NCBI GenBank assembly: GCA_000934665.2
Contig: KZ538283.1
Coordinates: 62,001-87,287, forward strand
Reading direction: 5' to 3'
DNA: 25,287 nt
From: Catajapyx aquilonaris
Lineage: Eukaryota
Positions within the stretch are counted from its first letter, which is position 1; each line of letters starts with the position of its first letter. The position numbers were made by a program, and so were the translations under genes. Under the pieces are notes generated by a model. That model did not search any database and had not been told where the DNA came from. It saw only the letters and a program-made list of their open reading frames with translations. This document shows positions 22,433-25,287 of this stretch, piece after piece.

Positions 22433-25287
22433 CCGCGGTTTCCTATATTCACATTCTGCTTAAAAAAATGCACGCGCCTGAACGACAATTCAGGATGTAT
22501 GACTAACTCGCATGAATCTAATCTACTGACTGGTTGCAATTCCATGCTTTCAATTATGCTATGAACTTGCAGCATGACCTCTCCGCCTCCATCGAAATAA
22601 CAAAAAAAAAACACACATGGCCATTCATACTTTCGCTCCATCAAGATCATCACACACCAGCGACCAAATGGACTTTACATACATTTCCTGTTCATGCAAC
22701 CCATTAACAATACTGAAGACCTCGAGACGAGGGACATTTTTTCAACATTGAGGGTCTCTTTAAATCAGCATTGCATCATTAACGAAGGCCTGTTTTTTTT
22801 ATGAATTGCGTCAGTCTTATTCACAGTTTTAATGACCTTCCGAGAAACAACCTCGACAGACCAAAGCAGACAAAATAGTTCTCTTACATTTTATTGTTAT
22901 AGACCATCTCCATAAAAGCAACGATCCATGTCAGTAATGCAAAACATGTTACATTTTAAAACTGGGCCATTACCATACAAGTCTGTACACATATTTATCC
23001 CAGTTTGTTCACATGGCCATATTTTTTTTCTTCTATTTTTGAGCAGCCGTGTGCGATGTTAGTCTGGCGCATCGATAGGCGGGTCTAGCGACGGATCTAT
23101 CCTGTGCTGCGCCCTGCCGAGCATCTCGAATGGAGGGCATGGAAACGAGAGAAGCTCTTCCTGCCTTGGCCTGCCCTAGACCTCCTTTTTTTTCTTCTTA
23201 CTTCTTCTCCGCCGTGTTTATTAGACGCGGGGCCCTCCTTTCGCATACCATAGTCTGGACAATGCCACACAAGGCTTCTCTCTCTTACCTGTACTCCTTT
23301 CACCTAAGCCGCCCGCAATTATTGAACCATCACAAACTTGTTTGTCCAGAAGTGCGATGCAACTTTGATGGGAAAGAGAGAGAACAGAAATTGCGTGCGA
23401 AAAACTGATGCTGTGAATTGTGTGGATCGAATGTGAAAGATATGATTTTTTTTTTGACATTTTACCCCAAATATTTTTTTTTTAAATAATTTTTTTGTCT
23501 ATTTTCCGCATTATTGTTGTCTGCTTTTGAGGCGCGGCTTCCAGTGTGTCAAGTCTGTTCGATTGTGCCGCACTTTTGAGCTCCAGAAAATGGATTAGAA
23601 AATTGAACTTTCAGGCTCCGGATTGTACTGTAGTCTGTATAGCATCAGCAGGGTACAGATTGCTTCTCTTGAACGATATTTACATGTGAGGGAAAAAAAA
23701 GGAAGCGGGAGTTCAATTTTGAGGTGTGGGATGATTTTATTTGGATTTTTTTTTGGCCCTTTCATGACACAGGCTTAAACCAAGGAGACCACGATAGACT
23801 CATCAATGCAAACTAGGCGTCAAGTTCAGGAGACCATACATGCGCAAACTCTTAGAGGCTTTTTTTCCGCCCCTCAAAAGGATAGACCTCGTTACCGTCA
23901 TCACACGCTCCAACTGATCCTGTTTGCATGACTTCAAACGTGCCAATATTTCCCAGCCTTAACACACTTTGCCTATGGAATATGGCTTCACGATAGAGAT
24001 TAGGTATTGATTTACATGACAGCAAATATCTCTTACGGCTGCAGACTAGACATGCGCCATGGCTATCTCACTTCTACAAGATTATAATTCCAGAACTGTC
24101 AGTACATTTCATATTTATAGCTCGTGAATCTCTACCCCCGGTAGAAATCTACTTTTACGACCGCTTTACGGTTCGAGTAAAGCCTGCAAGACCTATTGTA
24201 TAACGTGCGCGTAAATTCTCGCATTGGCCACCAACGCGCACGTGTATGTATGTACAGTGCGTGGGTGTAAAATAAATTGTTTTTACAACTTGCACGAGCG
24301 ATGAACGGAAAAAAGTATGCATAAACAAAATGCAACTGAACAGTCATCCATGAAAATTAAATGTTGATTAAAAACTTGTTGAACACACCTTTTTACCAGA
24401 ACTTTATGCATTCCGTGAGTTTTTAAGCATACCGCTTGTTGCAACAAATTATGAAGCAATTACCGTTAATTTTCCAAAATGAGCGCAAGTTTCCAGTTAA
24501 TAATTGCAGTGTTTCATGTGCATTCCGTGCATGCTAATTATGCAGCTACGTACAGTGCTTGAATGATGCATATACTCTCTCTTTCATCATGTTACGCAAA
24601 AAAATAATATATGTAAGAGTATGTGGGTTAAAAACTCATAACGTACTGGCAGCTCTTTTACACTGTACATTACAACCAGTGCACGTACAACTAGCAGTAC
24701 TCAGAGTCTGAGGAAGTTTAATTCAGTAGTGGAGAACAAGAGGCGCGACATGACGATGCAACCTTATGCCGCCCAGACCCATGGAAATATCAGGAAATTA
24801 AAACGCTCCCAGTTCAGTCCGTCCCACTTAAAACACTCCCTTATGCAACACCTTGATTCCAAAGAGCATTATTCCTCCCAGAGAGAGAGACCCACCAGGC
24901 TGACTCCTCCAAAAAGTTATTATTTCGCACACTCAAAACCTGGAGGTGCTAGGAATGTGCAGAAATTACGACCCTAAACAACCTGCGCAGCTGCAACGGA
25001 TTTTCCCCAGAAGTGACACACAGGGTGCATAACCCTCATGTTATGCTGAATCATAACCACTGTTTTTTTAACAAAAGCACGAAAAATTTGAATGTGACCA
25101 GAGTTATAAAAATGTGTGGTTAAATTTTTTTTCTGTCCAAAAAAATTAACCCTGTTGAGGGGGGGTTAGTGGACACATGCAAAATGTCACTGAATGAAAA
25201 GGTTGGGTGGGCATTTGGTGAATGGCAGTGGGGAACCCCCCCTTCGCTCGATTGATGCAGCGCGAGAAGGGGGAAATGGAAGGGGGG

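Noticed and set aside
24253..24667. TACAGTG..CACTGTA as Tc1-like MITE ends
   Set aside because: Only 7 bp match contiguously, which is too weak.

Overview
Eukaryotic nuclear DNA, with repeat motifs that suggest an invertebrate: homopolymer runs, (CT)n microsatellites, short GT..AG intron-like segments and a 281-N assembly gap. I recognise no protein family, rRNA, tRNA or CRISPR array, and most ORFs in the track look like noise. The one strong structure is a 2,389-bp foldback-type DNA transposon at 11832-14220. It has ~0.7-kb terminal inverted repeats starting TACGG/ending CCGTA, a 19-bp minisatellite in the outer part of each arm, a ~970-bp spacer with no recognisable transposase, and a perfect 6-bp flanking direct repeat (GTCTAG). 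TAY..RTA ends with a 6-bp TSD match the IS3EU superfamily. The spacer may carry a small spliced cargo ORF. Elsewhere there are a diverged ~179-bp tandem duplication, Helitron/Helentron-like remnants and several clusters of candidate short exons of unknown product, some interrupted by TAA/TAG. All exon calls were made by eye and are low confidence.
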